A stretch of DNA of 64,000 bases from a virus. Lineage: Duplodnaviria; Caudoviricetes. The stretch is taken from the IMG/VR virus record IMGVR_UViG_3300022602_000004, positions 1,537 through 65,536 of that record; one strand, 5' to 3'. A model generated the notes under the pieces. That model searched no databases. It had not been told where the DNA came from and was given only the letters and a program-made list of their open reading frames with translations. Shown in pieces: positions 1-9,339 of this stretch. Every line of letters starts with the position of its first letter. Positions within the stretch are counted from its first letter, which is position 1. The translations under genes and the position numbers were made by a program.

Positions 1-2
1 AG

Positions 3-752
3 ACCGACTTGGTTCAAGACTTCAAACTGGGAAATGATGTTTACTCCACATTTGCGTCGAAAATATATGAGAGACCTATCACTAAAGAAAACCCTATTGA
101 AAGGTTCGTGGGTAAAACCTGCATTCTCGGTCTTGGATATGGTACTGGCGGATTAAAGTTACAACACACGCTAAAGACTAGTCCGCCTGGGGCTGATTTG
201 GAAATAGAAAAGTGTGAGCAAATAGTTAAACTATACAGAGATACCAACGACATGATTGTTAAGCTGTGGCGCGAAGGAGATAAAGCGTTAAAACAATTAG
301 CCGATTGGCAACCCGAACAAAAACCTTTTTACTATGGTAAGCACAGATGCGTAAGGATTGTGCAAGAAGGTATTGAGCTACCTAACGGGTTATACATACG
401 TTATCCTGAGTTACAGATCACTGATGAATCTAAAGGCGGATACCAATACAAATCACGAAAAGGCCCCGTGTCATTATGGGGCGGGTCAGTTGTGGAAAAC
501 GTAGTTCAAGCGTTGGCTAGGATTATTGTGGGTCAGCAGATGATTAAACTTACAGAGCGTTATAGACCAGTGCTAACTGTCCACGACGCTGCGGTGTGCG
601 TAGTTCCCGAAGATGAGGTAGATGAGGCTTGTGCATGGATTGTCGAGGTCATGTCTACCCCACCAGACTGGGCTAAGGATTTACCCGTAGCTTGTGAAGC
701 TCACTATGGACTTAATTACGGAGATATGGAAGAATGGAGAGCTAATGGGTAA
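3..752 (+). CDS. DNA polymerase family A, C-terminal part (5' end lies outside the window)
   Basis: Motif B RFVGKTCILGLGYG, ENVVQALAR, motif C VHDA; frame is open back to the window start. Confidence 0.92.
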   Translation, partial: TDLVQDFKLGNDVYSTFASKIYERPITKENPIERFVGKTCILGLGYGTGGLKLQHTLKTSPPGADLEIEKCEQIVKLYRDTNDMIVKLWREGDKALKQLADWQPEQKPFYYGKHRCVRIVQEGIELPNGLYIRYPELQITDESKGGYQYKSRKGPVSLWGGSVVENVVQALARIIVGQQMIKLTERYRPVLTVHDAAVCVVPEDEVDEACAWIVEVMSTPPDWAKDLPVACEAHYGLNYGDMEEWRANG

Positions 753-1230
753 GCATAAAAAGCCTAAAAATGCTAGTAAAAAACAACAGAAATGGCAAGC
801 GAAAACTTTGTCAGAAATGTTTGATAATATAAGACGCGGTCAAGAATATGTGACTGTCGTTATGCAAAGAGATAGTTGGGAAACATTACAATGGGCTATT
901 GCAGTTGCCCTAAGAGAAGAAGACAAATTTATTGAGGAAAATCAAGTGCCTAAGAAAATTATAGCCCCTGCGGTTAAAGATAAAAAGACTGGTGTTATCA
1001 TAGAAGCTCCTTCAAAGAAGTGGGCGCATGACCAGCTAGAAGCCAAAGAACATATCAAAGACAAGAACGCAAAGCGGGGCTTTGTTACTAATGAGGATAA
1101 GTTTGTTAAGCGTAAAGAAGCCGCGAAGATTGCTAAAAAAGCTGGTCAAATAAAAGACAAAGATATCAAGAAGTTACATTCAAGCGACCTGCGTAAGGCT
1201 GGCGGATTAGCCAAGAAAAAGATTAAATGA
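745..1230 (+). CDS. Basic hypothetical phage protein (possible internal start at GTG 946)
   Basis: ATG 745 preceded by GGAG and overlapping the polymerase end; C-terminal half has GFVTNEDKFVKRKEAAKIA. Confidence 0.7.
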   Translation: MGKHKKPKNASKKQQKWQAKTLSEMFDNIRRGQEYVTVVMQRDSWETLQWAIAVALREEDKFIEENQVPKKIIAPAVKDKKTGVIIEAPSKKWAHDQLEAKEHIKDKNAKRGFVTNEDKFVKRKEAAKIAKKAGQIKDKDIKKLHSSDLRKAGGLAKKKIK

Positions 1231-1415
1231 AAGAGCCAATTCCTTTTTATGGCTTTTTAGATTTAGAAGAGCCAGTAGTTAAAATGACTCAGGAAGAAGT
1301 AGCTATTGTATTGGGGGTGAGCCGACAGACAGTTAATAATATTGAGAAAAACGCGTTCAAGAAGATTCGTAAAGAATTGTTTAAAAGAGGTATTGATAAG
1401 GAAGATATTCTATGA
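1227..1415 (+). CDS. Small HTH protein (sigma70 region-4 / XRE-like)
   Basis: MTQEEVAIVLGVSRQTVNNIEKNAFKKIR helix-turn-helix pattern. Confidence 0.8.
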   Translation: MKEPIPFYGFLDLEEPVVKMTQEEVAIVLGVSRQTVNNIEKNAFKKIRKELFKRGIDKEDIL

Positions 1416-1498
1416 TTGAGAAATTGCTAAAAGAAGAAATGAAAAAATATTACGAATGGCTTGAAAATTATTTAAAACAATGTAATATGTCAACATGA
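1412..1498 (+). CDS. 28-aa hypothetical peptide MIEKLLKEEMKKYYEWLENYLKQCNMST (not in ORF track)
   Basis: ATGA overlaps with both neighbours; AAGGA upstream. Confidence 0.5.
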   Translation: MIEKLLKEEMKKYYEWLENYLKQCNMST

Positions 1499-2151
1499 AC
1501 TTTACTTGGTCGTTCTCCTCTCTAAAAGAATATGTTAATTGTCCTCGGCAATATCAGGAACTTAAGGTATTAAAGCGGTTTGAAAAGAAACAAACTGAGC
1601 AGATGCTATACGGGACTGTTGTCCATAAGGCATGCGAAGACTATGTTCGTGAGGGTAAACCCTTAGAGAAGAACTACCAAAGATTTAAACCCGTATTGGA
1701 TGAATTAATTGCTATTAAAGGAACTAAATATCCTGAGCATGAAATGGCTTTGAAAGCAGATAAGTCGCCATGCGGGTTCACTGACAAAGATAGATGGGTT
1801 CGGGGTATCGTAGACTTGTTAATTGTAGACGGAGAGCAAGCGTATATTATTGACTACAAGACTGGTTCTAATCGTTATCCTGACCCCAAGCAGTTAAAGT
1901 TGATGGCATTGATGACTTTTGCCCACTTCCCCGAAGTGCAAAGAATTAAAGCTGGATTGTTATTTGTAATGCACGAAAGCTTTATGGATGAGGAATATTC
2001 TAGGCATCAGATTCCAAAGCTATGGAGTTACTTTAGTACAGACCTTGAAAGATTAAACATATCATACGAAAATAATATATGGAATCCAAACCCTACTCCT
2101 TTGTGTGGCTGGTGTCCAGTTAAGAGTTGTGAGTTTCATAAGGAAAGATAA
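1495..2151 (+). CDS. PD-(D/E)XK Cas4/RecB-like exonuclease
   Basis: CPRQ, GTVVH, RGIVDLL...IIDYKTG, QLKLMA and C-terminal CGWCPVKSC Fe-S cysteines. Confidence 0.9.
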   Translation: MNFTWSFSSLKEYVNCPRQYQELKVLKRFEKKQTEQMLYGTVVHKACEDYVREGKPLEKNYQRFKPVLDELIAIKGTKYPEHEMALKADKSPCGFTDKDRWVRGIVDLLIVDGEQAYIIDYKTGSNRYPDPKQLKLMALMTFAHFPEVQRIKAGLLFVMHESFMDEEYSRHQIPKLWSYFSTDLERLNISYENNIWNPNPTPLCGWCPVKSCEFHKER

Positions 2152-2297
2152 TGATTGAACCACTAGTAAAACCTACCCCTCTTGATAATGATGTCGCAGT
2201 TATGAAGATAGTTCAGTTGCTTGGGCAGTTAACCCCAAATGACATTAAGTATGTTCAACAAGTAGTATTGCAAGTTGCCAATGTGGTGGAAGCATAA
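2151..2297 (+). CDS. 48-aa hypothetical protein (not in ORF track)
   Basis: MIEPLVKPTPLDNDVAVMKIVQLLGQL...; TAATG coupling at both ends. Confidence 0.6.
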   Translation: MIEPLVKPTPLDNDVAVMKIVQLLGQLTPNDIKYVQQVVLQVANVVEA

Positions 2298-2497
2298 TGG
2301 ATATCCGAGTACAAATTGTTAAGGAAAACAAAGATGGTTCTGCCGACGCTGAAGTTAAGTTTGATAAAGAAGGACTCGAAGTCCTTGTGCAGTGGGGGCT
2401 TGTTGCTATGCTTACCAAAGCAATTGATGCGTACAAGCCTAGACCCGAGGAAGCTAGCGCGCCTGTTATTAAACGGGCTAGAAAGAAAGTAAAATAA
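2297..2497 (+). CDS. Hypothetical protein
   Basis: Translationally coupled ORF in the operon. Confidence 0.7.
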   Translation: MDIRVQIVKENKDGSADAEVKFDKEGLEVLVQWGLVAMLTKAIDAYKPRPEEASAPVIKRARKKVK

Positions 2498-2498
2498 T

Positions 2499-2843
2499 AT
2501 GCCATATGTTAATAAACCTAGACCATATAAAAAAGAATATCAACAAGAGAAAGCTCGAGGTGAAGAACCTCGCCGTGCAGAACGCCAACGCGCTCGCCGC
2601 GCTATTGATAAAAAGTTTGCAGACAAGAATAAAAACGGTAAAGCAGATATTCGTGAAGGCAAAGATGTTGCGCACGTTAAGGCTTTGGATAAAGGTGGCT
2701 CAAATAGAGCTGGTGTATTTATTGAAACTGCGCATGGTAATCGTTCTTTCAAAAGGGATTCAAAAGGTAACTTGGTTTCTGAGAAATCTAAAGGCGAAAA
2801 AGGCGAAAAGAAATTAAGTAAGGTAGTAAAGCTTAAGAAGTAA
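2499..2843 (+). CDS. Small HNH-family endonuclease-like protein
   Basis: GKDVAHVKALDKGGSN...GNRS resembles a minimal HNH; Arg-rich N-terminal helix. Confidence 0.7.
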   Translation: MPYVNKPRPYKKEYQQEKARGEEPRRAERQRARRAIDKKFADKNKNGKADIREGKDVAHVKALDKGGSNRAGVFIETAHGNRSFKRDSKGNLVSEKSKGEKGEKKLSKVVKLKK

Positions 2844-2848
2844 AAGTT

Positions 2849-3001
2849 GTGTCGTTAGGCATGAGTAGACATTGAAGATTTTTATTGGTTTTTTTCTTCA
2901 TAGGTAAAACAACCATGTCAGTTGGGCGGTGTTTTTGAAGTCTTTGTACTTCTCCTTGGCGCGTCAGGCTCAACCGACTAACCCCCGTAAGGGGTCGACG
3001 T
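2849..3001 (+). ncRNA. Candidate multi-stem structured RNA containing an anti-RBS segment
   Basis: Pairings GTCG/CGAC, TTAG/CTAA, GGCATG/CATGTC, TGAAGA/TCTTCA, GTTGGGC/GCTCAAC, GAAGT/ACTTC and a CCCC-GTAA-GGGG GNRA hairpin in the only long gap of the replication operon. Confidence 0.6.
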
Positions 3002-3023
3002 TATATATAGTTAAAGGATAGTT

Positions 3024-4592
3024 GTGGAAATTGTAGATCAGCAAGCAATTAAATTTAAAATAAAATCTGACAGAGTACCCCTCGTTACTGACTACCTTGA
3101 AAGAAGTGAAGTCTTGGAGAATAACGGGGATGACGCTGAACTATTGGTTTATTGGGGCATTGAAGAAATGCAACATATGGTCAAAGTCTATGGCGATAAA
3201 GTTCCTTCACCGATACAAAAAGATTACGAGTGGCCCGGAATACATACACCTTTCAAACACCAAGAAGTTACAGCAGCGTTTCTATCATTACATCAACGCG
3301 CGTTCTGTTTTAACGAAGCGGGTACAGGTAAAACTTCTTCAGTTGTCTGGGCGGCTGACTACCTAATGCAACAGGGTTTAGTTAAAAGAGTTTTAGTTAT
3401 CTGTCCGCTATCCATTATGTATTCAGCTTGGCAAGCTGATATCTTTAAAACATCCATGCACAGAAGTGTGGCGGTAGCGTATGGCGATGCAGAGAAACGC
3501 AAGAAAATTATTAACGGTGTTTATGAGTTTGTCATCATTAATTATGATGGTGTAGGCATCGTGCAAGAAGATATTAAAAATGCAGGGTTTGACCTGATAG
3601 TAATTGATGAAGCTAACGCTTATAAAACAGTTACGACTAAGCGTTGGAAGACGCTAGCAAAATTAATTACACCCTCAACAAGGCTTTGGATGCTTACTGG
3701 TACACCAGCTTCTCAGTCACCACTAGATGCGTATGGCTTGGCGCGTTTGGTCAGCCCAGGAAATGTTCCTAAGTTCTATACAGCATGGCGAGATAAAGTC
3801 ATGTATCAAGTATCTAGGTTTAAGTATATGCCTAAGCCAACGGCAAGAAATGATGTGCATAGAGCGTTACAACCAGCTATTAGGTTTGAGAAAGCACAAT
3901 GTTTAGATTTACCTGATGTAACATATCAGACCCGTGTAGTCCCACTTACACCACAGGTCAACAAATACTACCAAGCCATTAAGAATCAAATGCTTATTGA
4001 AGCGGCAGGTGAAAAGATTAGTGCAGTTAATGCGGCGTCTAAGTTAACTAAGTTGTTACAGATTTCGGGTGGTGCGGTTTATACCGATACCCATGAAGTC
4101 ATAGAGTTTGATATTAGTCCCCGCCTTAATGCATTAATGGAAGTGATAGATGAGACGCTACACAAGGTTATTATTTTTGTTCCGTATCGTCACACTATAC
4201 AGTTGGTTTCAAACCATTTAAAAGCTAACAATATCTCTAATGAAATTATTAGTGGAGACGTGTCAGCTAGAGAGCGGTCTGAAATTATTAGTAGGTTTCA
4301 AATGTCAGAATTTCCACGAGTTCTAATTATTCAACCACAAGCTGCATCGCATGGTGTGACTCTAACCGCCGCTAATACTGTTGTTTTTTGGTCGCCGGTC
4401 ATGAGTGTGGAAACATATCTGCAGTGCGTAGCTCGTATTGACCGCGTAGGTCAGGTTAACAAAATGACTGTTGTACATTTGCAAGGCTCTGAAATAGAAC
4501 GAAAAATGTATTCCATGTTGCAGAACAAAGTTGATAACCACGAGAAGCTAGTTGACCTGTACAAAGAGGAGTTAGGTATAGAAGATGAGTGA
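3024..4592 (+). CDS. SNF2-family (SF2) helicase
   Basis: NEAGTGKT, IVIDEA, LTGTP, HGVTLTAA, QCVARIDRVGQ motifs. Confidence 0.93.
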   Translation: MEIVDQQAIKFKIKSDRVPLVTDYLERSEVLENNGDDAELLVYWGIEEMQHMVKVYGDKVPSPIQKDYEWPGIHTPFKHQEVTAAFLSLHQRAFCFNEAGTGKTSSVVWAADYLMQQGLVKRVLVICPLSIMYSAWQADIFKTSMHRSVAVAYGDAEKRKKIINGVYEFVIINYDGVGIVQEDIKNAGFDLIVIDEANAYKTVTTKRWKTLAKLITPSTRLWMLTGTPASQSPLDAYGLARLVSPGNVPKFYTAWRDKVMYQVSRFKYMPKPTARNDVHRALQPAIRFEKAQCLDLPDVTYQTRVVPLTPQVNKYYQAIKNQMLIEAAGEKISAVNAASKLTKLLQISGGAVYTDTHEVIEFDISPRLNALMEVIDETLHKVIIFVPYRHTIQLVSNHLKANNISNEIISGDVSARERSEIISRFQMSEFPRVLIIQPQAASHGVTLTAANTVVFWSPVMSVETYLQCVARIDRVGQVNKMTVVHLQGSEIERKMYSMLQNKVDNHEKLVDLYKEELGIEDE

Positions 4593-4995
4593 TACAACCT
4601 TAGATGAATTAGTAAAAATTTACTTGACAATTAGATCCGAACGTGAAAAAATGGAGTCCGATTGGAAAGAAAAAGATAAAGAATTACACAATGAACAAGC
4701 CCTCTTGGAACAACAAATGCTAGGTATCTGTAACGACACCAATGCAACAAGCATTAAGACCGAAGAAGGCACGATCATTAAGTCGTTGAAGGAAAGATTT
4801 ACGTTGTCAGACAGAGGAGCGTTTGATGACTTTGTCCGTGAGCATGATGCCGTAGAGTTGTATGAGGCTCGTATTCATCAGGGCAATTTCAAAGAATTCA
4901 TGGCTGAGCATGCAGACGAAGGTTTGCCGCCCGGTGTGAATGTTATGAGGGAGTTTACAATCGTTGTCCGTAAACCAACCTCTAAAGTTAATTAA
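4585..4995 (+). CDS. Conserved phage replication-module protein (coiled-coil N-terminus)
   Basis: Coupled ORF between helicase and SSB-like gene; LPPGVN C-terminal motif. Confidence 0.7.
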   Translation: MSDTTLDELVKIYLTIRSEREKMESDWKEKDKELHNEQALLEQQMLGICNDTNATSIKTEEGTIIKSLKERFTLSDRGAFDDFVREHDAVELYEARIHQGNFKEFMAEHADEGLPPGVNVMREFTIVVRKPTSKVN

Positions 4996-5013
4996 GTCAA
5001 AGGAGTAGTAAAC

Positions 5014-5859
5014 ATGAGTACACAGTTAGTTAATCTTAGTGAACTTGGCGCGCTGGCAAATGTAGGTGGATTGGATGAAGATACACTTGCCGTTGCTGGT
5101 GGTAATCGCCAAAGCAATAAACGTATTTCAATCAAAGGCGGAGTATTCCGCAAGTATGCAGGTGGCAAAGAAATCGGTGCAATCGAAGACCGTTACATGA
5201 ATGTCATCATAGTAAAAATGGCACACAAAGCCTCACGTATGTTTTATGACAAAGGCTACAAAGAAGGTGAGAAGGTAAGCCCAGCTTGCTGGTCATCTGA
5301 TTCTGAAAAGCCTGATGCGGACGTAAAAACTCCAGCATCATCTAGTTGTTTATCTTGTCCCAATAGCGCTAAAGGTTCAGGCGATAATGGTTTAGGCACA
5401 AAATGCAAACTGTCGTGGCGCACCGCAGTCGTTTTACCGAACGATCCAGCAGGTGATGTTATGCAGTTAGTCCTACCAGCTACCTCAGCGTTTGGTAAAG
5501 AAGATAATGGTCGTTGGCCTTTCCGTCCTTACATCCAGCACTTAGCGTCACACAATGTGTCAGCCGGCCGGGTTGTAACTAAGATGGCTTTTGATACAAA
5601 ATCTCCTACACCAAAAGTATTGTTTGCTCCGGTTGGTGCAGTACCAGATGGTGATTTGGAAATCATTGCCCGTCAAGCCAAAAGCCCAGCGGCAGAAGCA
5701 GCTATCAAGCTGAATGTATTCCAAACCGACTCTACTGGTGATGCAGAAGTTGCCCAGCCAGAGGAAGTTGCAGAGCCAGTCAAGCGGGAGTCAAAAGCAT
5801 CCGCCGGTGAGAAGGCATCCGACGTGTCGGATATAGTTAAAAAATGGTCTAAGAAGTAA
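5014..5859 (+). CDS. Putative ssDNA-binding/annealing protein
   Basis: KRISIKGGVFR, C-W-S...CxxCP...C motif, acidic tail ending in W; strong RBS AAGGAG. Confidence 0.6.
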   Translation: MSTQLVNLSELGALANVGGLDEDTLAVAGGNRQSNKRISIKGGVFRKYAGGKEIGAIEDRYMNVIIVKMAHKASRMFYDKGYKEGEKVSPACWSSDSEKPDADVKTPASSSCLSCPNSAKGSGDNGLGTKCKLSWRTAVVLPNDPAGDVMQLVLPATSAFGKEDNGRWPFRPYIQHLASHNVSAGRVVTKMAFDTKSPTPKVLFAPVGAVPDGDLEIIARQAKSPAAEAAIKLNVFQTDSTGDAEVAQPEEVAEPVKRESKASAGEKASDVSDIVKKWSKK

Positions 5860-5868
5860 GGAAACAGA

Positions 5869-6183
5869 ATGCCACGGACGTATAGCAAAGAATTTATTAA
5901 TGAGTTGGGAACACTGCGACCCTTTGATACCACTGGGGTTCAGCTAGCGAAGGCTTGTATAAGAGCAAACCTGCCGGCAAAGTATGTAGCCGTTGCGCTA
6001 GAAGTTACTCGTATGACGATTCATAGCTGGTTCCGTGGCAAACCTATCCGCGACAAAAACCGCAAATTAGTTGCTACATTTACAGACTTAGTTGAAAAGG
6101 ATTTGGATGACGGAATATTGCCAGCCAAGACAACCGCTAAAGCTAAGGCTTATATTGAGGAAATGATAGGCGAAAAGATTTAA
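5869..6183 (+). CDS. Cro/XRE-like HTH protein
   Basis: AKYVAVALEVTRMTIHSWFRG. Confidence 0.7.
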   Translation: MPRTYSKEFINELGTLRPFDTTGVQLAKACIRANLPAKYVAVALEVTRMTIHSWFRGKPIRDKNRKLVATFTDLVEKDLDDGILPAKTTAKAKAYIEEMIGEKI

Positions 6184-6211
6184 CCCTAGGGGAAACCCTA
6201 GCCTTATAACC

Positions 6212-6235
6212 GAGCCGAGGATATCTCGGCTTTTT
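6212..6235 (+). terminator. Intrinsic terminator (preceded by a CTAGGG-GAAA-CCCTAG hairpin at 6186-6201)
   Basis: GAGCCGAG-GATAT-CTCGGCTT stem followed by T-run. Confidence 0.65.
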
Positions 6236-6248
6236 AGACTCTGCGCAT

Positions 6249-9155
6249 ATGTTAAAACAATTTTACGAGAAAGCATTGCCATCGCAGGGTGTTTATTGTG
6301 TAAGTGGTATAGATCCGAATAACAACAAAATAACGAACCGCTTTGCAGAAACACTTGAAGATGTATTTGAATTAGTTGAGAAGTTTAAAAAGAAGAAAGT
6401 AAACGTATATGTAGCGCCAGCATCATTTGAAGGTTTTAGTAGGAAAGCAGAGAGTTGTGTTTATGTTAGGTCTTTTTTTATTGACATAGATACACACGGC
6501 AAAAATTCATACGATGACAAAGAGGGTACGCTAGAAGCCCTTCAACAATTACTTAGCGCAACGGAACTACCTAAACCTACCTGCATTGATTCGGGCGGCG
6601 GGCTTCATGCCTATTGGGTTATGGATAGGGATATACCCTATGAAGAATGGAAACCCTTAGCTGAAAAGTTTAAATCTTTATGCCTTAAACACATAGCTAT
6701 AGATACATCAGTGACAGCAGATGGCGCTAGGTTGATGCGTTGTCCTGATACATTTAACTACAGATACACGCCACCAATTATGGCTACTGTGTTGGATGAA
6801 GAGATAACAGTCTATGACTTTGATGAGTTTAAGAAGTTTATGGATGAGGTCGAAACTGACCAGCCAGCTCAAGATCCATTTGCGAATGTACGCAGGGGGT
6901 TAGATGAAGATACGCTAGCTATGAAACGGGTAGATAACTACCAGTGGGACTTTTATAAAATAGCCCAGCGTTCGCTGTCTGGTGACGGATGCGCCCAAGT
7001 TAAGTATTGGTTAGAAAACGCTGATACGCTTGGCTATGACGACTGGTTCTCCAGTATGAACATCGCTTATTTCTGTGCAGACGGAGATAAGATGATTCAT
7101 GAGGTATCTAAAGATCACCCAGACTACACAGAGAAACAAGTAGAAGAAAAGAAACTTGAGTTTATTAAACGCGGCAAACCACAGACTTGCGAGTACTTGG
7201 CTAGCCAAAACCCTGACAGATGCAAAGGATGCAAACATCGTGGAAAGATTCATACACCTATCGTTTTGGGCAAGACTATTAAGGAAGCAACCGAAGAAAC
7301 TTCAATCGTTGCCGAAGCCCCAAGAGTCGAACCAATCCCAGAAGCAATCTCAGCCCTCTTTGAAAAAACCAATGAAGCGGAGCCAGTTCGGCAGACACAG
7401 AATACCCAAAAAATTCCAGTCTTCCCAGACTATTTAAAGCCATACATTCGTGGAGAAGTTGGTGGTATTTATTACACTCCGCCACCGAAGCAAGATAAGA
7501 AAGGTCAGGTACATTACGAAGACCCAGTAGAGATACTTGCCCACATTCTTTATCCGACGCGTAGACTATTTAGTCCTCTAGATGGTGAGTGTATGACAAT
7601 GAATTTGATTCTTCCTAACGACGGATTAAAAGAATTTTTATTACCTATGAAATCAGTCTATGGTTTAGAAGACCTTAAAAAGACTTTAGCATTTCATCAG
7701 GTAATCTATACCCCTAAATACATTAATAATATCCAAGAGTATCTTGTGAAGTGGAGTCAGTACATGATTAATATTAGTAAAGCTCAGCAGATGCGTATGC
7801 AGTTTGGCTGGTCAATAGGGCGTACTAGTAAGGAATGGGAATCTCGTACTTTTGTTGCTGGTGAAAATGAAATCATATCTTCTACCCAATCAGTTGAAGC
7901 CCCTGTATCGCCTTATGTTAAGCAGTTGGCAAAATACTTTGAGCCTATAGGTACATTTGAGAAGTGGCAAGAAACTGCCCATGAGTTAAAACGACCTGGC
8001 TTTGAGTTGCATGCTTTAATTTGCCTATCGGGTTTCGGTTCTCCATTGTTAGAATTTATTGACCAGGGAGGGTTTACCCTAGGTTTATATGGTAGATCAG
8101 GTAATGGTAAGACTGGAGCCATGTATGCGGCTGTCAGCACGTTTGGTAGTCCTAAGCCTCTATGTGTATTTGATAGTACAGATAACGGCTTGGTGCAGCG
8201 TTTTGTAGCTTTGCATAGTATGGTCTTTGGTCTTGACGAGGTAACTAACAAGGACCCAGAAGTATTATCGCAACTCATCCATAAAATATCTCAAGGCTCA
8301 GCCAAAATTAGGATGCAATCTTCTGCAAACGCAGAGCGTGAACACTCATTAAATTGCTCGCTATTTGGTATTCTAACTACTAACGATTCTATTGAAGGTA
8401 AGATTGAGCGCTTTAGAAATAGTCCTGATGGTGAAAGAGCGCGCTACGCAGAGCTTTATATAGAGCAACCAGATGCCCTTAAAGGACCGGAAGGAGACGA
8501 GCTGGGTAGAAAGATATTTGACCCATTTAGATTTAACTATGGTCATGCAGGTCCTATGTTTATTAAAGAACTGTTTAAGTTAAGCACACCAGAAGTTATG
8601 GCAATGTTAGCTAAATGGGGTAAGCGTTATACAGACGATACTCAGGGTGATGCATCTTATCGTTACTACAAAAACTTTATATCTTGTACGTTTGCTGCGG
8701 CTGAGATTGTAGTTGGCGCGGGTATTCTTGACTATGACATAGAACATATTTATAAGAAGACTATTGATACTTTGAATTACATGAAGCAAAACATTTCTAA
8801 GATCAATGCCAACGACTTTACTGCGGTTCTTAATGACTTTATATATGAGAATATGGGTAACATACTACGCCTTAAAGATGGTAAGGTAATTGATGAACCG
8901 CGCGGTAAGTTAGTTGCTAGGGTTGCTACGGATGAACCTACTCGCATATCTAAAGAAGCGCTTAAAGAGTATTTAAATAAACGCAAGATGTCTACCAGAG
9001 AGTTTGAGAAAGACTTAAAAGAACGTGGTGTTCTACTTAAAGTAGATAGAAAGCATTTGGAAACTGGGTGGAAAGCAACAACTAACTCCCAAGCATCTTA
9101 TGTATATTTAATTAAGAATGATTTCTTAGATGATAAGTCCGAACCAGATCATTGA
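6249..9155 (+). CDS. Primase-helicase (AEP/RepB-like primase, DUF927-like region, P-loop helicase)
   Basis: FFIDID, DSGGGLHAYW, RLMRCPDTFN, Cys cluster TCE...CKGC, Walker A GRSGNGKT, Walker B FGLDE. Confidence 0.85.
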   Translation: MLKQFYEKALPSQGVYCVSGIDPNNNKITNRFAETLEDVFELVEKFKKKKVNVYVAPASFEGFSRKAESCVYVRSFFIDIDTHGKNSYDDKEGTLEALQQLLSATELPKPTCIDSGGGLHAYWVMDRDIPYEEWKPLAEKFKSLCLKHIAIDTSVTADGARLMRCPDTFNYRYTPPIMATVLDEEITVYDFDEFKKFMDEVETDQPAQDPFANVRRGLDEDTLAMKRVDNYQWDFYKIAQRSLSGDGCAQVKYWLENADTLGYDDWFSSMNIAYFCADGDKMIHEVSKDHPDYTEKQVEEKKLEFIKRGKPQTCEYLASQNPDRCKGCKHRGKIHTPIVLGKTIKEATEETSIVAEAPRVEPIPEAISALFEKTNEAEPVRQTQNTQKIPVFPDYLKPYIRGEVGGIYYTPPPKQDKKGQVHYEDPVEILAHILYPTRRLFSPLDGECMTMNLILPNDGLKEFLLPMKSVYGLEDLKKTLAFHQVIYTPKYINNIQEYLVKWSQYMINISKAQQMRMQFGWSIGRTSKEWESRTFVAGENEIISSTQSVEAPVSPYVKQLAKYFEPIGTFEKWQETAHELKRPGFELHALICLSGFGSPLLEFIDQGGFTLGLYGRSGNGKTGAMYAAVSTFGSPKPLCVFDSTDNGLVQRFVALHSMVFGLDEVTNKDPEVLSQLIHKISQGSAKIRMQSSANAEREHSLNCSLFGILTTNDSIEGKIERFRNSPDGERARYAELYIEQPDALKGPEGDELGRKIFDPFRFNYGHAGPMFIKELFKLSTPEVMAMLAKWGKRYTDDTQGDASYRYYKNFISCTFAAAEIVVGAGILDYDIEHIYKKTIDTLNYMKQNISKINANDFTAVLNDFIYENMGNILRLKDGKVIDEPRGKLVARVATDEPTRISKEALKEYLNKRKMSTREFEKDLKERGVLLKVDRKHLETGWKATTNSQASYVYLIKNDFLDDKSEPDH

Positions 9156-9339
9156 GCCAGAGTGGTTGCTACCGTTTGAGGGTATGGGGGTTGGGGATAG
9201 TTTTTTTATTCCTACCCTTCGTCCAGCGGAGTTAATCTATTCTATAGATTGTGGGGCTAAGCGCGCTGGAAAGCGCGTAAAGAGCTTTGTTACAAGTAAG
9301 GAAGGCTACCTAGGCGTACGTTGTTGGCGCACTGCCTAA
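9130..9339 (+). CDS. Small putative DNA-binding phage protein
   Basis: LPFEGMGVGDSFFIP...VRCWR pattern common in phage small proteins. Confidence 0.6.
   Translation: MISPNQIIEPEWLLPFEGMGVGDSFFIPTLRPAELIYSIDCGAKRAGKRVKSFVTSKEGYLGVRCWRTA

Noticed and set aside
1495-2151. Cas4-like gene as part of a CRISPR system
   Set aside because: No array or other cas genes; stand-alone Cas4-like nucleases are common in phage replication modules.
2916-2957. AAGGAGAAGT on the minus strand as RBS of an antisense gene
   Set aside because: The nearest minus-strand ATG (2916) is over 30 nt away and no credible ORF follows.
4626-4655. TTGACA inside the 136-aa gene as a promoter
   Set aside because: No acceptable -10 at 16-18 nt.
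6235-6251. Leaderless promoter for the primase (TAGACT 8 nt before ATG)
   Set aside because: No -35 match and it overlaps a terminator; too weak to call, although the gene lacks an SD.
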